Source: Lama glama
Lineage: Eukaryota
NCBI GenBank assembly: GCA_028534125.1
Contig: CM052850.1
Location: forward strand, 26,226,001 to 26,290,000
Reading direction: 5' to 3'
DNA length: 64,000 nucleotides
The position numbers and the translations under genes are program-made. Below are positions 59,631-64,000 of the stretch, in pieces. Numbering within the stretch: the first letter of the stretch is position 1; every line of letters starts with the position of its first letter. Below the pieces are notes generated by a model that ran no database searches, was not told the origin of the DNA, and saw nothing but the letters and a program-made list of their open reading frames with translations.

Positions 59631-62600
59631 GGGAGCTGACATGCCGCTGGCCCTCCTGGTGCAGCTGGGGCCGCTCCCCTGTGCAGGCAGATGTGACCTG
59701 GCAGTGGCCTCCACTCCCCCCCACCCCCGCTCGGGCAGGGGTGCCAGGACTAGCCCCTGGCGAGGGGAGGGGGCCCCGAAGAGACCCCATGCACCGTCCC
59801 CCTTCCCCCACAGCCAGACCCCACATCCCCATCCACAAGCAGGAGCAGGAGCCCCCCCTCCAGGTCCCTGTGCAGCTGGTGCCGGGGGGCAGGGCTTGGG
59901 CTGGGCGGGCTGGAGCGGGCAGGGGTCTGCACCGAGGCCCCGGGCAGGGGTGGCCAGGCAAGCAGAGCCCTCCCCTCGGGGCCCTCTCAGCAGAGCACCT
60001 CTCATGGCGGTTTTATAATGCAGCGGCTGCAGGTTAAACTTCGTCCCCCAAAGGGATGCGTGTGGGCGTGTGGCACACAGGGGAGAACGGAGAACAGAGG
60101 CAGCCTGGGCCCACGGCGGGTGGTGTCTGCTCTGGCTCCCTGCCGCCACTCCCGGCCCCCAAGACCCCTCCGTGCAGCCTCCTCCTGCACACACTGTCCC
60201 CCTCTTGGTGCCCCTCCCCTGCCTCTTCCCCACCTCCACCCAGGACCCACCCCACCAAGGGCCGCCTGAGCCCCCACCTGGGAGGCCTCCCGCCGCGGCC
60301 TTGTTCTGGCCGTGGGCTTAGCCTCCCCCACCCTGTCTGAGTGGGTCTTCCCAGCTGGCCTCCAAGGCCTGCAGGACAGCCTCATGCCGGGCTCCGTGGC
60401 CTCCTGGTGCCTGGTCCCCTGCTCCGTGTGCGTGAACCCCTGCCCAGTGAGAAGCCAGTGAAAGGACGGCCGGTGCCCTGCTCTGCTGGACGCGCTGGCA
60501 GCCACAGGGGAAGGAGTGCCCATGTGAGCGGTTTTTGCAACTGCAGAAGGTTTAGAAGAGTGGGTAGGCCCTGGTACCCTCGCCAGGCAGGACAGACAAT
60601 GACTGGGGTCTCGGCATCCCCAAGCCTGAGGGCTGACCTGGGCTAGAGAGGGGTGCGGACCCCCTGTCCCTACCTGGAAGCAGGCGTGTGGGCCGGGCTC
60701 TGAAGGGCGCAGGAGTGGGCAGAGCCTGTGGGTCCCAGGCCCAGGGCTGTGACGGGTGAGGTCGCGACCCTGTGCGGGCCTCCGTGTCCCCACCCACACT
60801 GTAAGGCTGTGGGACAGATGCTCCCCTAGGTCCTTCATGTCAGGTTCTCAGTCCAGGACCCTGTTAGTCCATCTGTCTGTCCGTCCATCGCCCCAGAAGC
60901 ACTCACTGAAGGCCTCTGGGTGCCCAGTGCTGGCCTCAGCAGAAGGCTCCCAGGTGACCCTCCTCCCCATTGGGGAGAAGAGGAAACAAGACCGGGAAGC
61001 AGAGGAGACAGCCCCCTGGGCCCAGTGAGGACCCGCAGGGCAGGCAGACGCCCCGCCCTCCACACCTGCCCCAGGGACAGCCCGGGTTTCCGGAGTTGCG
61101 GGGTCAAGGAGCTGCAGGAACACGGGACTGTTCATCGGGTCAGGCGAGAGATGGCGTCACCATGAGGGTATGGCACGTGGTCCCAGCTTCCCCTGACCCC
61201 GGAGGCAGGCACTTGCGGGTCAGGCAGGGAGGAGAGCCGCCAGCGTCACCACCTCGTAGGAGGCTCAGCTCTGAGCAGCCACCGCAGTAATAAATAGAGC
61301 AGACAGACCGGCGTGGAGGAACCCCAGGTGAGGAGGGAGACCGGAGGCGGGGTGTCGTCGAGGCCGCCAGGGAGGGGGTCTGAGAGCGCAGGGTCCACGG
61401 CAGGACTGGCTGTCTGCCCCACCGGCTGTGACCCGGGTTCCTGGAGGAGAGGGTCCAGATGGCCGGCCACCCTTGACGCCACGAGAGACCCCACTCCTGA
61501 CCCAGGATGAGCACTGGCTACTCTGGGCAGGGGTCTCTGGGAGGGACTGGAAAGCTCTTCTGGAGACGGTCGTGGTCCGGGGGCTTTGTCCCAGCAGTTC
61601 CCCGCGTGGCTGTGGTTCTGGCACAGCTGCTTCCTGCCCAGCAACGCCAGGCCGCGGTGCAAATTAACACCATTTGTTCTGCAGAACGTGCATTACTTCT
61701 GCGCTCCATGCACAGCTCATTACCTCGTGGCTGCTTGGGGAGAGATGCAAGGCTGGCCCCTCCAGCACCTACACCCCCAGCCCACCTCCTGTGCGTGGAA
61801 GCCTGGGTGGTTCCTGGGCAGGAATGGCGGGGATCTCCTGTGTGTGGCAGAGTGAGCCCGGGGCCAGCGCCCTGGTTCTCCTCCTTAGAGCACCCGGGGG
61901 TGTGTGCTGCCCAGGGAAGCCCTGGAGGGAACTCAGGCCCCAGTGGGCACAGCCTCCCTGTGGTCATTGCCTGCGACCGGAGCAGGGCCCTCTCAGACCC
62001 CTCACACAGTGACTCTCATGGAGTCTCCCTCCGTGGGGGTCTCGGCAGCCACTCGCCCCGCTAGCCCTCACTCCAGACCTGGGAGACCGCTGAGCGGAGG
62101 GAGCCAGTGCAGGAAGGCAGCTGGACCTTGTGGAGGACTTCCTTAAAGACCCTCTACACACCACTTTCCTCAGCTTAGACCAGGGCCACAGGGTCCCTCC
62201 CTGCCTTCCCGGTGGGACAAGCCTGCCGGTCTCTTCCCTCCACCCCGGAACTTCTGCAGCCCCTGCCCCGCCTCTCCAGGGGTGGGGTCCCAGTGAGGTG
62301 TGCGTGGTCCCCCAGACTGGCCCCTCGACTGAGGGAAACCTCCACAGGAGGGTCAGGCAGCCTTGGTGGCTCTGCTGGGAAGGGCCACTGAGTCCATCTG
62401 GAGACCCTCTTCCTGCCAGTGACACCTTCCTTCATGGAGGGCGCTGGACCAGAAGGTTCCATCAGGCTCCTCGGTGAGGGCCGTCCTCTGAGGGTGGTCC
62501 CCGGGGGGAGGTGGCAGAGGAGTTGTGTAGACCCACGGTGGCCAATGGCAGTGGCTGGCCAGGCCTAGTGGAGCCCCGTCACCAACTGCTGGCTTTTCTT

Positions 62601-62654
62601 GGGGCCACTGGGGCCAAGCACCATCCCCCGTGAACTCAAGCATGGCTGGGACTA

Positions 62655-62720
62655 CCGTCCCGTTTTACAGATGAGACAGTGGGGCCCAGAGAGGACAAGG
62701 GTCACACAGCCAGCACCGAG
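62655..62720 (-). mobile_element. MIR SINE fragment
   Basis: cccgttttacagatgagacagtggggcccagagagg...aagggtcacacagc. Confidence 0.65.
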
Positions 62721-63171
62721 CTGCCCCCGCCCGCTCTCCAGCCCCCGTCCCTGACTTCAGCGGACCGTCCAGCAGCATGGAGGGTGTGTGGGAGCCAACT
62801 GAGACCCTGGCCGCCGCCCTGGGCCTCCCTTCTCCTCTGTCCAGCCCCCACCTCCCATCCAGCAATCCCGCTGGAGGGCCACCGGAGCCTCGGCTCTGGC
62901 CTAAACAAACACCCCTCAGGTCTGCCAGGCAGGAGGACTGGAGCACACGTCAGCTCTGGGGAGAGGAGGGCCAGGGCCCCACGTGCGGCCCCGGCCTGCG
63001 AGGAGCTGCAGAGGGGCGGCCAGCCTCAGAGCTTCGGGGATGCACCTGGCACCATCGGAGAGCATCGGCCCGGGGCTCAGCCAGCAGGTCGCTCACAGGC
63101 GCTGATAGTACGGTGGCCAGCAGCCATCCCAAGGGGCTCTGCCCGGTCAGTGGGGCCCTCATCTCATGGAA

Positions 63172-63299
63172 GGCTGAGATAGGGGCCAGGGCCTGGGACC
63201 CATGCAGGTGGAGCACCTGGTCCACCTGTGTGAGCGGCTGAGGTAGGGGCCAGGGGCTGGGACCCATGCACGTGGAGCGCCTGGTCCACCTGTGTGAGC
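63172..63299. repeat. 64-bp tandem duplication (2 copies)
   Basis: GGCTGAG(A/G)TAGGGGCCAGGG(C/G)CTGGGACCCATGCA(G/C)GTGGAGC(A/G)CCTGGTCCACCTGTGTGAGC at 63172 and 63236. Confidence 0.95.
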
Positions 63300-64000
63300 G
63301 GAGGCTGAGTCCACTCGGTGCCAGGCCCCTGGCCAGAGCCCCTGCCGCCCCGTCCTTGCTCCCACCAGACATGGCTGGGGACAGGGCACGGCCACTGCAG
63401 CCCTGTCTGTCGTGTCTCAGGGACCTGGTGGGGAGACCTGGGAGCTCTCACGGGCTGCAGACAGAAGCTGGGTTCTCTATGGACTTTGCAAGGGTCTGGG
63501 GGTGCCCAGCGTGACCAGCGTGGACGGGTCACTGTGTCTGGCCCAAAGCACGGGGTTGGGTCCATTTTGCTCTGTTATGAGTCCAGTCCCCATGCATGGA
63601 AACCTGCACATGGGTTTTCAACTGACAAACAAGTAGGTGGGGGGGGTGACAGGCGAGCAGAGTGTGGCCGCCACATAGCAGGTGGGACTTTGTGGGCCGA
63701 GGGGGGTCCTGTGGGCATGGGGCAGGGGTCCAGCAGGCACCAGAGCAAACACGTGGAGGAAGCGCCGACCCCTGTCCAGCTGGGGCCGTGATGTAGCGCG
63801 GCTTGTCCTTGGGGTGGCTGGTGCCCACACAGAGTGAAACAAGGCTTGACGTGGGGGGACGGGTGTGTGCAGCACCGCGTGTTCCCGGGGGCGGGGGGCC
63901 GGGGGCCGGGGCTCGCTTTCGGCGAGGTGGGGAGCTGCAGAGGCGTTTCAGTCAACAGGCAGAAAGACCCCATGAATATTTCATCAGGGCAGTGCCGGCC

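Noticed and set aside
1-64000. Naming the locus or the flanking gene
   Set aside because: No exon matched a protein I recognise, and several GC-rich subtelomeric regions fit equally well. A BLAT of the 33.7-34.0 kb or 59.5 kb elements would settle it.

Overview
GC-rich mammalian genomic DNA, probably camelid: it carries two copies of a tRNA-Ala(AGC)-derived SINE whose tail matches my recollection of the camel/alpaca SINE (recalled, not searched). I recognise no intact protein-coding gene; nearly all ORFs in the track are Pro/Gly/Arg/Ala-rich products of high GC, and the only identifiable peptides are decayed LINE-1 ORF1/ORF2 remnants. The window looks like an intergenic or large-intron regulatory landscape. 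It has a GC-box/CCAAT promoter at the left edge, an unassigned CpG island at ~43.1-44.5 kb, and many old eutherian repeats (L1M, L2, MIR, MLT1, MER53, an ERV1-type LTR). About a dozen short AT-rich, motif-dense islands look like conserved enhancers. Best leads: (1) a tandem CTG-N8-WGATAA (GATA:TAL1-type) element at 33.9 kb; (2) a series of POU/homeodomain islands at 40.5-64 kb; (3) two inverted MLT1 LTR copies 20 kb apart that are unusually alike (84/95 nt, gapless); (4) patchy AT-to-GC rewriting of old repeats suggestive of GC-biased gene conversion. I found no convincing evidence of a wholly new biological system, CRISPR array or prokaryotic element. Repeat family names come from remembered consensus sequences, and boundaries are approximate.
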